NCBI GenBank assembly: GCA_036555065.1
Contig: DATBLZ010000081.1
Span: 9,504-73,503 of the forward strand
DNA length: 64,000 bases
Origin: Gammaproteobacteria bacterium
GTDB taxonomy: Bacteria; Pseudomonadota; Gammaproteobacteria; Steroidobacterales; Rariloculaceae
Direction: 5' to 3'
Below the pieces are notes generated by a model. That model ran no database searches and was not told the origin of the DNA. It saw only the letters and a list, made by a program, of their open reading frames with translations. How positions within the stretch are numbered: position 1 is the first letter of the stretch; each line of letters starts with the position of its first letter. Shown here piece after piece: positions 9,093 to 19,925 of this stretch. The position numbers were made by a program, and so were the translations under genes.

Positions 9093-10283
9093 TTAGGCCT
9101 CCGCGATGCGGCGGTGCTGTTTTTGATCCCAGCGCGAAATGACCTTGGGCATTTCGGCGGCCGCCACAGGCGGGCTCACGTAATACCCTTGTGCGCAATC
9201 GCACGCAACGGTGCCGAGAAACTCCAACGTCGCCTCGTTCTCGACGCCTTCCGCGCAAACGGTGAGATTGAGCTTGTGCGCGAGCGAGACCAACGCGTCG
9301 ACCATGATCGACGCTTCCTTCGATTCCGTGACTTTCAGCACGAGGGACTTGTCGATCTTCATCTCGTTGAACGGCATTCTGAAGAGCTGCGTCAGCGACG
9401 AATAACCGATGCCGAAATCGTCTATCGCGAGATTGATGTTCTTGATGCGCAGCCGCGTCAGGATATCGAAGGTCTCGGGCCGCTGCTCGAGCATCGCCGT
9501 CTCGGTGACCTCGAGAGTCAGCGCTTCCGGTTCTATCGAGTGCTCCGCCAACGTCGCCTCTAGGCGGTCGGGAAAATCGATATCGGCGATCAGCATGGCG
9601 GCGATGTTGATGCGCAGCCCGATGTTGACGCGCATGGCCTGCCAACCCTTGAGCTGCTGAACACCGCGCTGGATGACGAAGTCGGTCATCGCGCGGCTCA
9701 AGCCGTGCTGCTCACCCATTGAGAGGAACGCATCGGGCGTCAACAGGCCGCGAATCGGGTGGTTCCAGCGCAACAGCGCTTCGACGGCGGCGATGTCCCA
9801 GCTGTTGTCGGCAAAGCGCCGTATCGTCGGCTGGTAGTAAACCAACAGCTCGCTCTTCTCGATGGCTTGCTCGAGATCGTGCGCCGTCAGCGGCCGCAGC
9901 GCAGCGTGCGCACGCTCGAAACGCTGGAGGAGCTCATCGGGATCGAACGGCTTCTGGAGCGTCCCGAGCATCTTCAGCCCTTTGCCGAGACCATACTGCT
10001 CCGCGGATGCAATCGTGCGCTCGTCCATGCCCGTCACGAGGAAAATCCCGGCGCGAACGTTGGCCTCGGCGAGGAGACGCAGCATCCGGACACCGTCGCC
10101 GCCGGGCATCTGCAGGTCGAGGACAATTACGTCCGGGTGCTTCTCTTCGAGTTGCTGTCGAAAAGCCGCCTGTGACGTAAGCGCGGTCGCGGCGAACCCC
10201 GCGCGGGCGCCGATCGCAGCGACGAGACTCGCGATCTCTTCCTCGTCGTCGAGCGCGATAAGCAGCGGATCTTTGTTCGCCAC
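9093..10283 (-). CDS. Response regulator with EAL phosphodiesterase output (REC-EAL)
   Basis: REC domain with phospho-acceptor context DVIVLDLQMPGGDG. EAL domain with EALLRW, EVTET, LAIDDFGIGYSSL, KIDKSLV, CAEGVENE and QGYY. Confidence 0.9.
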   Translation of the reverse strand: MANKDPLLIALDDEEEIASLVAAIGARAGFAATALTSQAAFRQQLEEKHPDVIVLDLQMPGGDGVRMLRLLAEANVRAGIFLVTGMDERTIASAEQYGLGKGLKMLGTLQKPFDPDELLQRFERAHAALRPLTAHDLEQAIEKSELLVYYQPTIRRFADNSWDIAAVEALLRWNHPIRGLLTPDAFLSMGEQHGLSRAMTDFVIQRGVQQLKGWQAMRVNIGLRINIAAMLIADIDFPDRLEATLAEHSIEPEALTLEVTETAMLEQRPETFDILTRLRIKNINLAIDDFGIGYSSLTQLFRMPFNEMKIDKSLVLKVTESKEASIMVDALVSLAHKLNLTVCAEGVENEATLEFLGTVACDCAQGYYVSPPVAAAEMPKVISRWDQKQHRRIAEA

Positions 10284-10284
10284 G

Positions 10285-11823
10285 TCAACCTCCTCTTACG
10301 GCGCTACGAACTGCGCGCGTCAAGTCACCAAGACTGAATGGCTTGGTGACGCGCACGGGATCGATCGCCCATTTGAAGCTTGCATCCCCGACAACGATGA
10401 TTCCCGTCGATTCGTTGCGCGCGCTGATGACCTCGTTGATGCGTTCCACGAGCGCCTCGGAAAGCGCGTGCGAATCGAGAACCAAGGCAGAAGCGCCGCG
10501 CGCGCCGACCAGCGACAACGCCGCCTCCGTGAGCTCGCCAGGCACGACGTCATAGCCGACGGCGGACAATATCTGCTCGATCGTCGCGCGGAAGTCCGCG
10601 TCGAGCGAGAGCACGAGGATCGTTTCGTCGCCGCCCGGCAGCGCTTTGAGAGGCATCGTCATCTCGGCGGTATCGCCCTTCTCCTTGTCGAGCGCAGGCA
10701 GAAAGAGCGTTACTGCAGTCCCCTGTTGGGGCTGGCTCTGCAAGGTCACGGTGCCGCCGGCCCGCTCTGCGAACCAGCGCACCATGGGGAGCCCGAGCCC
10801 GTTGCCTTTGCTGCCTTTGGTCGAGAAGAAGGGCTCGAAAACCCGTTCGAGAACCTTCTCGGGGATGCCGCAGCCGTCGTCGCGGACGGCGATAGCCACG
10901 TAGCGGCCGGGTTTGAGGCTCTGTGCCGGCGCGGCCGCGCCATCGAGGTCGACGCGCGAGACCTTGATCGATACCGTGCCGCCGGAACCCACGAGCGCAT
11001 CGCGGGCATTGACGACGAGATTCGTCACTACGCTTTCGAGCTGCGCCCGGTTGACGCGTACTGCCGGCGCGTTCTGGTCGACATCGGTTTCGAGCTTGAC
11101 GCGGGAGCCGAGAACCGCAATGAACAACGGCGACAAAGACGCAACGACTTTTTGCGGGCTGACGATCGTCACCTCCGACTCGGCGTCGGCACCGCGTGCG
11201 AACGCCATGAGCTGGCGGAGGAGATCGGCGCCGCGCTTCGCTGCGTCCCGCGCGCGCTTGAGCTTCTCATGCGTCGCCGCGTCCGCGCGGACGGCTTCCG
11301 CAGCGAGGTAGAGGTTGCCAACGAGCACCGTAAGAAGATTGTTGACGTCATGCGAGACGCCTGCGGCCAGTTTCATGGCGCTTTCGGTGCCGGCCATCTT
11401 GAGCAGCGTGCTGCGAAATTGGTGCCCTTCGGTGCCGTCGACGAAGAGGCCGCGCAGGTAAGAGCTGCCTGCGCCTTGCGACCGAACGTGCTCCACGGTG
11501 CCGCGCAGAACGACGTCGCGATTGTCGTTTGCGACGAGGTGCAATTCCATTTCACGTGCCTCGTTCCCGCCGAGGGTTTGCTCCCACATTCCCCAATCAG
11601 CGGGATGGAGCAGGTAATCTCGTAATGAGGGCTTCGCATGACTACTCTCGAGCGATCCAGCGCCGAGCAATCTCCAAAACGTATCGTTCGCTTCGAGCAA
11701 CCGACCGTCCGGCGAAGCGATGACGCCCGCGATCACGGGGCTCTGCCGAATCGATTCGGGTAGAGCCTCCGCGCGCATCGATCTCGTTCGGGCCGGCGCC
11801 GACATCTCTGGGATCGACCCCAC
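10285..11823 (-). CDS. PAS sensor hybrid histidine kinase with C-terminal receiver-like domain
   Basis: H-box GVSHDVNNLLTVL, N-box VVTNLVVNARDAL, G-boxes DDGCGIP and GNGLGLPMV, and a C-terminal REC-like segment. The stop is 1 nt from the REC-EAL start, suggesting an operon. Confidence 0.85.
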   Translation of the reverse strand: MGSIPEMSAPARTRSMRAEALPESIRQSPVIAGVIASPDGRLLEANDTFWRLLGAGSLESSHAKPSLRDYLLHPADWGMWEQTLGGNEAREMELHLVANDNRDVVLRGTVEHVRSQGAGSSYLRGLFVDGTEGHQFRSTLLKMAGTESAMKLAAGVSHDVNNLLTVLVGNLYLAAEAVRADAATHEKLKRARDAAKRGADLLRQLMAFARGADAESEVTIVSPQKVVASLSPLFIAVLGSRVKLETDVDQNAPAVRVNRAQLESVVTNLVVNARDALVGSGGTVSIKVSRVDLDGAAAPAQSLKPGRYVAIAVRDDGCGIPEKVLERVFEPFFSTKGSKGNGLGLPMVRWFAERAGGTVTLQSQPQQGTAVTLFLPALDKEKGDTAEMTMPLKALPGGDETILVLSLDADFRATIEQILSAVGYDVVPGELTEAALSLVGARGASALVLDSHALSEALVERINEVISARNESTGIIVVGDASFKWAIDPVRVTKPFSLGDLTRAVRSAVRGG

Positions 11824-12040
11824 ACTCCGTTAGTACATGCAAGTATGGGAGTCCGCGCACCACAACCGCTCAGCCGTAGATCACAGTTCTGCGGCGCCCG
11901 GCAATGTCCAAACTGAGACTCGGCTCTCAGAGCCTTCGCCCCGGACGTATTAAGTTTAATGGCGAGAAGCGGCAGGGCTTTGGCTCGGTGCCGCCTCATG
12001 GGTCTTGGAAGGCTGCGCTTGGCGCTGCACGGTGGTCGCA

Positions 12041-12952
12041 ATGTTTCGCTTTCTGCAGCGCGTCGACGGGACGCGCGGACAAATCGGTCTCTTCCGCACG
12101 GAAGACGCGGTTGCGCTCGCCGAGGTCGCGCGCGATCCCGGCGGCAGGCCGAAGCTCACGCATTGCTCATACGAGACCGTGGACGAGCTTTCCCGTGCGG
12201 CCAAGCGGCTGAGCCACCGTCAATATCCCGCGGTCAGCGTGTTGCCGTCGGCGAGCTATCAGCTCCTGCTCGTCGAAGCGCCCGACGTTCCCGGTGACGA
12301 GCTGCGCGCCGCCGTGCGGTGGCGAATCAAGGATCTCATCGACTTTCACATCGATGACGCCGTCATCGACGTCTTCCGCATGCCGGCGCAACTGCGCGGC
12401 GGCCCGAACCAAGTGCTTTACGCGGTCGTCGCGCGCGCCGAAGTCGTGCGCCAGCAAGTCGCGGCGCTCGAGGAGGCAGGCCTCAAGCTTGAAGTCATCG
12501 ACGTGCTCGAGCTTTGCTTGCGTAATGTCGCCTCGTTGCTCGAGGAAGACGGCCGCGGACTGGCGCTGCTGCATCTCGGCGACGCCAGCGGCGTGCTGTT
12601 GTTGATTCGACAAGGCGTCCTGTACCTCACGCGCCGCATCGAGACCGGGGCACAGGCGCTGCGCGCCGCCGACGGCATGCGGTCGAGCCTAGTCTCGGGC
12701 CTCGCGCTCGAGACCCGGCGTTCGCTCGATTACTTCGAAAGCCACTACGAGCAAACCGCGATACCGGTGCTGTTTACGTCGGGGCTCGATCCCGCCGATC
12801 AGGACCGACTCCAACAGGAGCTCGGAATCTCCGTTCGCAACGTCGACCTCACGAGTCCCCTGCAATGCGCGGTGCACGTCGACGAGGAGACTCAACGGCG
12901 CTGCTTGCCCGCGATCGGCGCAGCGTTGCGCAGAGACGAGACCACGCTATGA
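12041..12952 (+). CDS. mshI: MSHA biogenesis protein MshI (PilM-like actin-fold assembly protein)
   Basis: First gene of the msh-like operon, with PilM-like layout (ELRAAVRWRIKDLIDF, LLHLGDASGVLLLI). The ATG at 12041 is preferred over the track start at 12005. Confidence 0.7.
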   Translation: MFRFLQRVDGTRGQIGLFRTEDAVALAEVARDPGGRPKLTHCSYETVDELSRAAKRLSHRQYPAVSVLPSASYQLLLVEAPDVPGDELRAAVRWRIKDLIDFHIDDAVIDVFRMPAQLRGGPNQVLYAVVARAEVVRQQVAALEEAGLKLEVIDVLELCLRNVASLLEEDGRGLALLHLGDASGVLLLIRQGVLYLTRRIETGAQALRAADGMRSSLVSGLALETRRSLDYFESHYEQTAIPVLFTSGLDPADQDRLQQELGISVRNVDLTSPLQCAVHVDEETQRRCLPAIGAALRRDETTL

Positions 12953-13587
12953 CCGCGGCGGTCTATCAGCAGATCAACCTGTACCAGCCGATCTTCCGCC
13001 GGCAAAGACAGGTGTTCTCGGCGTCCGCGATGCTGCAAGCGACTGGGGTTGTGGCTGTCGCGCTGCTGCTGATCTACGCGTACGGTCTCTGGCAGGTTAC
13101 GAGCCTCGAAGCCGAAGCCGTTCAGCTCGAAGGCCGGGAAAAGGCGTACGCAGCCCAGCTCGCGGGCCTCGACCCGACGTCGAGCCAACAGCGGCGAAGC
13201 GATATCGAGCGTCAGGTCGCCGAGCTCAACGCGCGGCTCATCGAGCAACAGAAGCTCGTCGAAGTCCTGCGTTCGCAACCGCTCGGCGGCACCTCCGGAT
13301 TCTCGGCCCACCTGACCGCGCTCGCGCGCCGTCATCTCGACGGACTATGGCTCACGAAGGTGCGCATTCGCGGCGCCGCGCACGCTCTCGACCTCACCGG
13401 CAAGACCGTGCGACCCGACCTCGTGCCGGACTATCTCGTCAACCTCGGCAAGGAAGAGGCGCTTGCGGGCCAGAAGTTCGGCGAGCTCAAGATCGAGCGC
13501 AGTGAGGATGGCGCCGAGATCTCCTTTAGCGTATCGAGCCGGTTGGACGACGCCGCCGACGAGCAAGCATTCGTGGCGCAGCGCTGA
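12949..13587 (+). CDS. PilN-like inner-membrane pilus assembly protein (MshI C-terminal-part equivalent)
   Basis: ATGA overlap with the mshI stop. N-terminus QINLYQPIFRR followed by one TM helix and a coiled-coil, typical of PilN/MshI2. Confidence 0.6.
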   Translation: MTAAVYQQINLYQPIFRRQRQVFSASAMLQATGVVAVALLLIYAYGLWQVTSLEAEAVQLEGREKAYAAQLAGLDPTSSQQRRSDIERQVAELNARLIEQQKLVEVLRSQPLGGTSGFSAHLTALARRHLDGLWLTKVRIRGAAHALDLTGKTVRPDLVPDYLVNLGKEEALAGQKFGELKIERSEDGAEISFSVSSRLDDAADEQAFVAQR

Positions 13588-14255
13588 TGTTGCAGAAGAA
13601 GATCACGAAGCTGATCGCGAACATCGACGCATTGTCGTTGCGCGAACGGCTGTTCGTTTTCGCCGCGATGCTGCTCGTCCTCGGCGGGGCATGGGAAGCG
13701 CTGCTGGCGACTCCGCTCGGTGAGCGCGAAGCGCTCGCCTCGGCGAAGATCGAGAGCACTCAGGCGCGTATCGCCGAGCTCGACGCCGCGATCGCGACGG
13801 CCGCGCACGGCATCGGCGACGGGATGGCGGATTACCGCGAACGCCTGCGCGTGCTCGAGCAACAGGTCGCGGCCGGCGAGGAGTCGGTGCGCATCTTCAC
13901 TACCGATCTCATCGACCCCGCGCAAATGCGCTTCGTGCTCGGCGATCTCGTCCGCCAGCACCCAGGGGTACGGCTCGTCAGCGCAATCAGCCAGCCGGTG
14001 AAACCTCTCATCGAGGCAGAAGTCGAAGAGGCCGGCGCGCCCGCGGACGCGGGGCCGACGCTGTACCGCCACACGCTCGTGCTCGTGCTCGAAGGCGGTT
14101 ATCTGGCTTGCCTCGCGTACCTGAAGAGCGCCGAGCGCCTGCCTTGGCAGCTCTATTGGGGAAGCCTCGAGATCGAGACCGAGGAGTACCCGCGCAGCCG
14201 CATCACGATCGAGCTCCACTCGTTGAGCCTCGAGCCGGAGTGGATCGGTGTTTAG
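13587..14255 (+). CDS. mshJ: MSHA biogenesis protein MshJ (PilO-like)
   Basis: Start overlaps the previous stop (TGATG). Has an N-terminal TM helix, a coiled-coil and a C-terminal ferredoxin-like region. Position matches the msh operon order. Confidence 0.65.
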   Translation: MLQKKITKLIANIDALSLRERLFVFAAMLLVLGGAWEALLATPLGEREALASAKIESTQARIAELDAAIATAAHGIGDGMADYRERLRVLEQQVAAGEESVRIFTTDLIDPAQMRFVLGDLVRQHPGVRLVSAISQPVKPLIEAEVEEAGAPADAGPTLYRHTLVLVLEGGYLACLAYLKSAERLPWQLYWGSLEIETEEYPRSRITIELHSLSLEPEWIGV

Positions 14256-14595
14256 GCCTGCGGCCGTCATTTGCGTCCTCGCGCTTGCCGCCGCGGCGGT
14301 CGGCGCCGAGGAGTTGCCGCTCCGCGACCCGCTGCGGCCGTATACGCCGGGACCCGCGAACCCTGCGATCGGCGCGGCCGAGCGGGGGCTCGAGCTTACG
14401 GCCGTCGTCATAGGCCCGCAACGCAAGATCGCCGTCATCAACGGCGAGCTCCGGCGCGAAGGCGAGCGCTTCGACGGCATCACCGTAGTTCGCATCGAGC
14501 GCGGCGCAGTTCGCCTGCAGCGCGCGGGCGAGGAATGGATCGTGCACCTCAACGGCCGCACGCAGAGAGATGATTCAGGAGATTCGACGCCATGA
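14248..14595 (+). CDS. mshK: MSHA biogenesis protein MshK-like small periplasmic protein
   Basis: GTG start overlapping mshJ, signal peptide, 115 aa. It lies directly upstream of and overlaps the secretin gene, as mshK does. Confidence 0.55.
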   Translation: MFRPAAVICVLALAAAAVGAEELPLRDPLRPYTPGPANPAIGAAERGLELTAVVIGPQRKIAVINGELRREGERFDGITVVRIERGAVRLQRAGEEWIVHLNGRTQRDDSGDSTP

Positions 14596-16301
14596 AACCC
14601 TCGAGTCGGCCGCTAGCGGCCATCACCGCGTTGTCGGCTACGGCGATCTTCGCGCTCGCCGGCTGCGCGAGCGACCGCGGCCGCACGACGGAAAGCGCGA
14701 TCGATACGGCCATCGCAGACGCCGTCGTGACGCCGCCGCAGGATGATGGATTCGCCGTGGTCCTTCCTCCGTCGCCGGCTCCGCCGCCGGCCGGCGAGCG
14801 GTTCGACGTCAGCGTCGTCGACGCCGATGCACGTGACTTCTTCATGAGTCTCGTCGCGGATACAGACCAGAACATCGTCGTCCACCCCGACGTCAGCGGA
14901 AGCATCTCGCTGGCGCTCACTCAGGTCACGGTCGCCGACGTGCTCGAAGCCGTGCGCGACGTCTACGGCTACGACTATCGCCGCAACGCAGCCGGATTCG
15001 TCGTCTTGCCCGCGACGATACAGAACCGAATCTTCGAAATCGACTATCTCAATCTCGTGCGCGCCGGGCGCTCGCGGACGTTCGTGAGCTCGGGGCAAGT
15101 GAGCCAAACGAGCGACGAGGAGAATTCGAACAACGGCATTACCGGCCTCAACAGTGGCATAGTCGGCAACGACGAACGCCGCACGAGCTCGCCGACGGGC
15201 TCCGTCATCGATACGACGAATGCCGCGGACTTTTGGAGCGAGCTCACCCAGACATTGCGTACGATCATCGGCGCGGGCGAGGGTCGCGAGATCGTCGTCA
15301 ACGCGCAATCGGGCGTCGTATTCGCGCGCGGCATGCCCGAGGAGCTGCGCGCCGTCTCGGACTATCTCACTAGAATTCATGCGGCCGCGAGCCGGCAAGT
15401 CGTGCTCGAAGCCAAGATCATCGAAATCACGCTCAACGACGGCTTCCAGGCCGGCGTGAATTGGGCCGCCGTGGGCGTGAACAGCAGCGGCGATACGTTC
15501 ACGGCAGGACAACTGTCGGGCGGCCGCGCAATCAACGGCAATGCCCCGCTCGGCGGCGATCCGATCACCGTCGGCCCCGGCAACCCCGTAACGGAATTCG
15601 CATCGGAGACGATCGGCGGCGCTTTCGCGCTCGCGCTCGATATCGGGGACTTCAACGCGTTCGTCGAGCTGCTTTCGGCCCAGGGCGACACGCGCGTCTT
15701 GTCGAGCCCGCGTGTCGCGACGCTTAACAATCAGAAAGCCGTCATCAAAGCGGGTACCGATGAATTCTTCGTCACGGACGTCAGCAGCAATACGATCACG
15801 GGCACCGCGGCAACGACGAGCCGCGACGTGACGTTGACGCCGTTCTTCTCCGGAATTGCGCTCGATGTGACGCCGCAGATCAGCGCGACCGGCGAGGTCA
15901 TACTGCACATCCACCCGACCGTCAGCGAAGTCACCGACCAGACGAAGCAACTGACGATCTCGGGCGAAACCGACGAGCTGCCGCTCGCATTCAGCGAGGT
16001 CCGCGAAGCCGATAGCATCGTCAAAGCGAAAAGCGGCCAAATCATCGCTATCGGCGGGCTCATGCGAAATTCGATGCGCCGCCAAGACCTCGTGACGCCG
16101 GTATTCGGACGCGTGCCGGGCCTACGCCGCCTGTTCGGCAGCACGCGCGAGGTGGAAATGAAGACCGAGCTCATCATTCTCTTGCGCCCGATCGTCGTCG
16201 ACGACGCCACCGACTGGCCGCGAATCATTCAACCCTCCGCCGACCGCATCAACGCTTTCCAAGCCGAGACGGCGGACGGCGAGAATCGAGCGACGCCGTG
16301 A
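14592..16301 (+). CDS. mshL: MSHA pilus secretin MshL (lipoprotein-type)
   Basis: Lipobox FALAGC. Secretin C-domain signatures [33 protein letters not shown] and [11 protein letters not shown]. Confidence 0.9.
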   Translation: MKPSSRPLAAITALSATAIFALAGCASDRGRTTESAIDTAIADAVVTPPQDDGFAVVLPPSPAPPPAGERFDVSVVDADARDFFMSLVADTDQNIVVHPDVSGSISLALTQVTVADVLEAVRDVYGYDYRRNAAGFVVLPATIQNRIFEIDYLNLVRAGRSRTFVSSGQVSQTSDEENSNNGITGLNSGIVGNDERRTSSPTGSVIDTTNAADFWSELTQTLRTIIGAGEGREIVVNAQSGVVFARGMPEELRAVSDYLTRIHAAASRQVVLEAKIIEITLNDGFQAGVNWAAVGVNSSGDTFTAGQLSGGRAINGNAPLGGDPITVGPGNPVTEFASETIGGAFALALDIGDFNAFVELLSAQGDTRVLSSPRVATLNNQKAVIKAGTDEFFVTDVSSNTITGTAATTSRDVTLTPFFSGIALDVTPQISATGEVILHIHPTVSEVTDQTKQLTISGETDELPLAFSEVREADSIVKAKSGQIIAIGGLMRNSMRRQDLVTPVFGRVPGLRRLFGSTREVEMKTELIILLRPIVVDDATDWPRIIQPSADRINAFQAETADGENRATP

Positions 16302-18067
16302 AACGCAAAAGAGTTCGCCTAGGCGAGCTGCTTCGCGACAAGAAGCTCATCTCCGAGGAGCAACTCGCCGAAGCGCTCGCAGAGCAACAGCGCACCGGCC
16401 GCAAGCTCGGCCGCGTGCTCGTCGACATCGGCGCGATCGCCGAGGCCGATCTTCATCACTGCCTCGCAGACTATCTCGACATCCCCTTCATCGATCTCGC
16501 GCACTTGAGCGTCGACCCGAAGGTGATGCGAATCCTTCCCGAGACGCACGCGCGTCGCTATCGCGCGCTCGTGCTCAAAGAGGACGCGCACGGCTTGCTC
16601 GTCGCAATGGCCGATCCGACCGATCTTTTCGCGTTCGATGAGCTCTCGCGCATTCTCGGCAAGCCTCTGCGCCTTGCGCTGGCCATGGAGGCAGCGCTCT
16701 TGCGAACGATCGACCTCGTGTACCGACGCACCGAGGAAATCGTGTCGCTCGCCGAAGAGCTCGACGAGGAGCTCGAGGCGGCCGGGGTCGATCTCGACAC
16801 GCTGTCCGCCGAGGAAGGGTCTCCCGACGCGCCCGTCATCAAGCTCATCAAGACAGTCTTTCACGACGCCGTGCGTGTTGCCGCGTCCGACATTCACATC
16901 GAGCCCGAAGAGACGCGGCTGCGCATTCGCCTGCGCGTCGACGGCATGCTTCAGGAGCAGATCATCGACGGCCACCGCGCGGGACAAGCGCTCGTGACGC
17001 GCCTCAAGCTCATGTGCGGGCTCGACATCGCCGAGAAGCGCAAGCCGCAGGACGGCCGGTTCAGCATCCGTGTCGCCGACAAGACGCTCGACGTGCGCGT
17101 TGCGACGATGCCGGTGCAAAACGGTGAAGCGATAGTCTTGCGTCTGCTCGACCAGGCAACGGGCAAGATGCGCTTCGACCAGCTCGGTATGCCCGACGAG
17201 ATCGCTGCACGGTTCGTAGAGATGACCGAGCGCAGCGCCGGCATGGTGCTCGTCACCGGTCCGACGGGCAGCGGCAAAACCACGACACTCTACGCGGCGC
17301 TCAATCACGTGAACTCGCCGACGACGAAAATCATCACGGCCGAGGATCCCGTCGAGTACCGCATCGAACGCATCAATCAAGTCCAGGTCAATCCCAAGAT
17401 CGGTCTCGACTTCGCCACCGTGCTGCGCACGGCGCTGCGTCACGATCCGGATATCGTGCTCGTCGGCGAGATGCGCGACCGCGAGACCGTCGAGATGGGA
17501 CTGCGCGCAGCATTGACGGGTCACCTCGTCTTCTCGACACTGCACACGACGAACGCGGTAACGACGGTGAGCCGCTTGCTCGACATGGGCGCGGAAGGCT
17601 TCATGATCGCGGCCGCGCTCCACGGCGTGCTCGCACAGCGCCTCGTGCGCCGCATCTGCGAGAGCTGCGCCAAGCCGGCCAAGCTCACGCCACAACAGTC
17701 CGCATGGATCGCGCGGCAGTCGCCCGGAAAAGCAGTCGCCAGCGCGGAGTTCCACGAAGGCGTCGGCTGCACCTACTGCAACATGAGCGGCTACCGTGGA
17801 CGCATCGGCATCTATGAGCTGCTGGAAATCGATGCGCCGCTCGCCGACGCAATCCGGCGCGCCGACATTTCCTTGTTCGCGCGGCTCGCCCACCGCCAGG
17901 CCGGCTTCGTACCGCTCGTTCAGCGCGCGCTCGAGTGCGCGACACAGCACATTACGTCCATCGCCGAGATCATTCGCGTAACGTCCGGCCTCGAGGAACG
18001 CGAGCAGATCACGGCGTTGCTCGATGACGTGATCACGAGCGAAGGCCGTAAGCAGGTCTCGGCGTAA
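16298..18067 (+). CDS. mshE: MSHA pilus extension ATPase MshE (GspE/PilB family with N-terminal MshEN c-di-GMP-binding domain)
   Basis: Walker [11 protein letters not shown], Walker [13 protein letters not shown], His box [10 protein letters not shown], and tetracysteine CESC...CTYC. N-terminal tandem RLGELL...LAEQ / KLGRVL...LADY motifs. GTG start. Confidence 0.9.
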   Translation: MKRKRVRLGELLRDKKLISEEQLAEALAEQQRTGRKLGRVLVDIGAIAEADLHHCLADYLDIPFIDLAHLSVDPKVMRILPETHARRYRALVLKEDAHGLLVAMADPTDLFAFDELSRILGKPLRLALAMEAALLRTIDLVYRRTEEIVSLAEELDEELEAAGVDLDTLSAEEGSPDAPVIKLIKTVFHDAVRVAASDIHIEPEETRLRIRLRVDGMLQEQIIDGHRAGQALVTRLKLMCGLDIAEKRKPQDGRFSIRVADKTLDVRVATMPVQNGEAIVLRLLDQATGKMRFDQLGMPDEIAARFVEMTERSAGMVLVTGPTGSGKTTTLYAALNHVNSPTTKIITAEDPVEYRIERINQVQVNPKIGLDFATVLRTALRHDPDIVLVGEMRDRETVEMGLRAALTGHLVFSTLHTTNAVTTVSRLLDMGAEGFMIAAALHGVLAQRLVRRICESCAKPAKLTPQQSAWIARQSPGKAVASAEFHEGVGCTYCNMSGYRGRIGIYELLEIDAPLADAIRRADISLFARLAHRQAGFVPLVQRALECATQHITSIAEIIRVTSGLEEREQITALLDDVITSEGRKQVSA

Positions 18068-19296
18068 TGGCGACGTTTCGCTACGCCGGGCGATCCGCGC
18101 GCGGCGAGGCCGTCCGCGGGGCGCTCGAAGCCGAGACTGCGGAAGCGCTCGCCGATCATCTTTTGGCGCGTGGGATAACGCCGACGGAGATCAAACCCGC
18201 GGTCGGGTCGAACGACGTCGTCAAAGATCTTTGGGAGCGGCTCGGCGGCGGCCGGCCGGGAATCAAGGACCTGATTCTCTTCTCGCGGCAGATGCACGCG
18301 ATCACGAAGGCCGGTCTGCCGCTGCTGCGCGGCATGCGCAGCATCGCCGCGTCGACGCCGAATCCATTCTTTCGCGCGGCGCTCGAGCTCGTGATCGAGA
18401 ACCTGCAGTCCGGCCGCGACCTCGCCTCCTCGCTCGGCCGCCATCCGGAGATATTCTCGAAGTTCTATGTGAGCATCGTGCGCGTCGGCGAAAGCTCGGG
18501 AACGCTCGACACGGCGTTTTGGCGCATGTACGAGTACCTCGGCCTGGAGAAGCGCATCCGCGACAAGCTCACGGCCGCGCTGCGGTATCCGACGATCGTC
18601 GTCGCCGCGATCATCGTCGCCATGGGCGTCATCACGCTCTGGGTGCTGCCGAAGTTCGCCCCGATATTCGCAGCGCTCGGCGGCCACCTGCCGTGGCCGA
18701 CGCAGGTGCTTCTGTCGGTCTCGGGCTTCGTCGCCGGGTATTGGTACGTCATCGTTGCGGTCGTCGTCGCCGCGATCGTCGGCTTCAATCTGTACGTGCG
18801 CGACGAGCGCGGCCGTTATCGTTGGGACAAAATCAAGCTGCGCACGCCCGTCGTCGGCATCATTGCGGTCAAGGCGACGATGGCGCGGATTTGCCGCTCG
18901 TTCGCGCTGACGCTCGAAGCCGGCGTGCCGATGGTGCAAGCGCTTACGATGATTGCGCGCGCCACGGGCAACGAATACATGGGCGAAGGCGTGCTGAGCT
19001 TGCGCGACGGCATCGAGCGCGGCGAATCGTTGAGCCGCACCGCTCAGCTCTCGGGCCTCTTTACGCCGCTCGCGATGCAGATGATCACGATCGGTGAAGA
19101 GACCGGCTCGCTCAGCGACATGTTCACCGAGGTCGCGGACTTCTACGAGCGCGAGGTCGATTACGACCTCGACCACCTCAGTGCGGCACTCGAGCCGCTG
19201 CTGATCGTCGCAGTGGGCGCGATGGTGCTCATACTGGCGCTCGGCGTGTTCTTGCCGCTCTGGGACCTGGCCGCGACCGGTGGTGGCTTCGGATGA
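18067..19296 (+). CDS. mshG: MSHA pilus platform protein MshG (GspF/PilC family)
   Basis: 409 aa with a duplicated GspF domain (LILFSRQMHAITKAGLPLL and ICRSFALTLEAGVPMV) and three TM regions. Confidence 0.9.
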   Translation: MATFRYAGRSARGEAVRGALEAETAEALADHLLARGITPTEIKPAVGSNDVVKDLWERLGGGRPGIKDLILFSRQMHAITKAGLPLLRGMRSIAASTPNPFFRAALELVIENLQSGRDLASSLGRHPEIFSKFYVSIVRVGESSGTLDTAFWRMYEYLGLEKRIRDKLTAALRYPTIVVAAIIVAMGVITLWVLPKFAPIFAALGGHLPWPTQVLLSVSGFVAGYWYVIVAVVVAAIVGFNLYVRDERGRYRWDKIKLRTPVVGIIAVKATMARICRSFALTLEAGVPMVQALTMIARATGNEYMGEGVLSLRDGIERGESLSRTAQLSGLFTPLAMQMITIGEETGSLSDMFTEVADFYEREVDYDLDHLSAALEPLLIVAVGAMVLILALGVFLPLWDLAATGGGFG

Positions 19297-19811
19297 GCGC
19301 GCGCGGCTTCACGCTGATCGAGCTCCTCGTCGTCGTGATCATCGTCGGCATCATGGCGGGTCTTGCGCTCGATCGGCTGTTGCCGCTGATCGGCCGGGCA
19401 CAGCGCGCCGCATTCCTGCAAGTGCAGAGCGAGCTGCGCAGCGCCCTGCTACTCGAAGCCGCCGAGCGCTTGACGCGCGGGCAAGACGCAACCCTGCCCG
19501 AGCTCGCGGGCGTCAACCCCATGACGCTGCTGCTCGAGGTCCCGGGGAACTATTTGGGCACGCTCGATGCAGTCGCGAACCGCGCGCTGCCGCGCGCGAG
19601 CTGGTTCTACGACCCGAAAACGGCACGGCTCGTCTACACGGTCGGCCGGTACACGCGGTTCGCGGCGCGCGAAGGCCCGACCGATCGCATCGAGCTCGCC
19701 GTCAAGTTCGCGTTCGAAGATAGGGACGGCAACGGCGCGTACGATGCCGCCGTCGACGACTTCGCGGGCTTGCGGCTCATCCCGGTCCACGCGTACGACT
19801 GGCCGGACTGA
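19293..19811 (+). CDS. mshF: MshF-like pseudopilin
   Basis: Prepilin leader and N-methylation motif MSARG/FTLIELLVVVIIVGI. ATGA overlap with mshG. Confidence 0.6.
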   Translation: MSARGFTLIELLVVVIIVGIMAGLALDRLLPLIGRAQRAAFLQVQSELRSALLLEAAERLTRGQDATLPELAGVNPMTLLLEVPGNYLGTLDAVANRALPRASWFYDPKTARLVYTVGRYTRFAAREGPTDRIELAVKFAFEDRDGNGAYDAAVDDFAGLRLIPVHAYDWPD

Positions 19812-19824
19812 GAACCAATTCACA
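19809..19824 (+). promoter_or_regulatory. CRP/Clp-type binding box (one mismatch) upstream of pilin copy 1
   Basis: TGAGA-ACCAAT-TCACA versus consensus TGTGA-N6-TCACA. It sits at the same relative position as the perfect box at 20367-20382. Confidence 0.4.
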
Positions 19825-19925
19825 GGTGCGCGTTGAGCGCCGAGCGCTCAATCACAGCGCACAGTACGTTCTGTCAATAAGCTTTGTATAAGTTCGCGGT
19901 ACTGGCGCGACCGGAGAGGTTTGCA

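Noticed and set aside
9862-11625. 587-aa ORF on the plus strand opposite the histidine kinase gene. Similar long antisense ORFs occur at 1121-2296, 14613-16085, 16319-17950, 17920-19176, 23310-24710, 38380-40119, 41172-42689 and 54314-55972.
   Set aside because: Their translations are Arg/Ala/Gly/Pro-rich low-complexity strings with no motifs, and they lie exactly opposite genes with clear family signatures. These are typical shadow ORFs of a high-GC genome with few stop codons.
18231-18250. TGGGAGCGGCT inside mshG, and a similar TTGGGAGCGGCGAGCCG at 63826 inside the cupin gene, as further REP copies.
   Set aside because: Only the head half matches. There is no hairpin or GCGA tail, and the encoded residues fit conserved protein sequence, so the resemblance is probably chance in GC-rich DNA.
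19896-19925. Possible sigma-54 promoter (TGGCGC...TTGCA) directly upstream of pilin copy 1.
   Set aside because: The spacing between the GG and GC elements is about 12 nt too long for a -24/-12 promoter, the motif abuts the start codon, and it is not conserved upstream of pilin copy 2.
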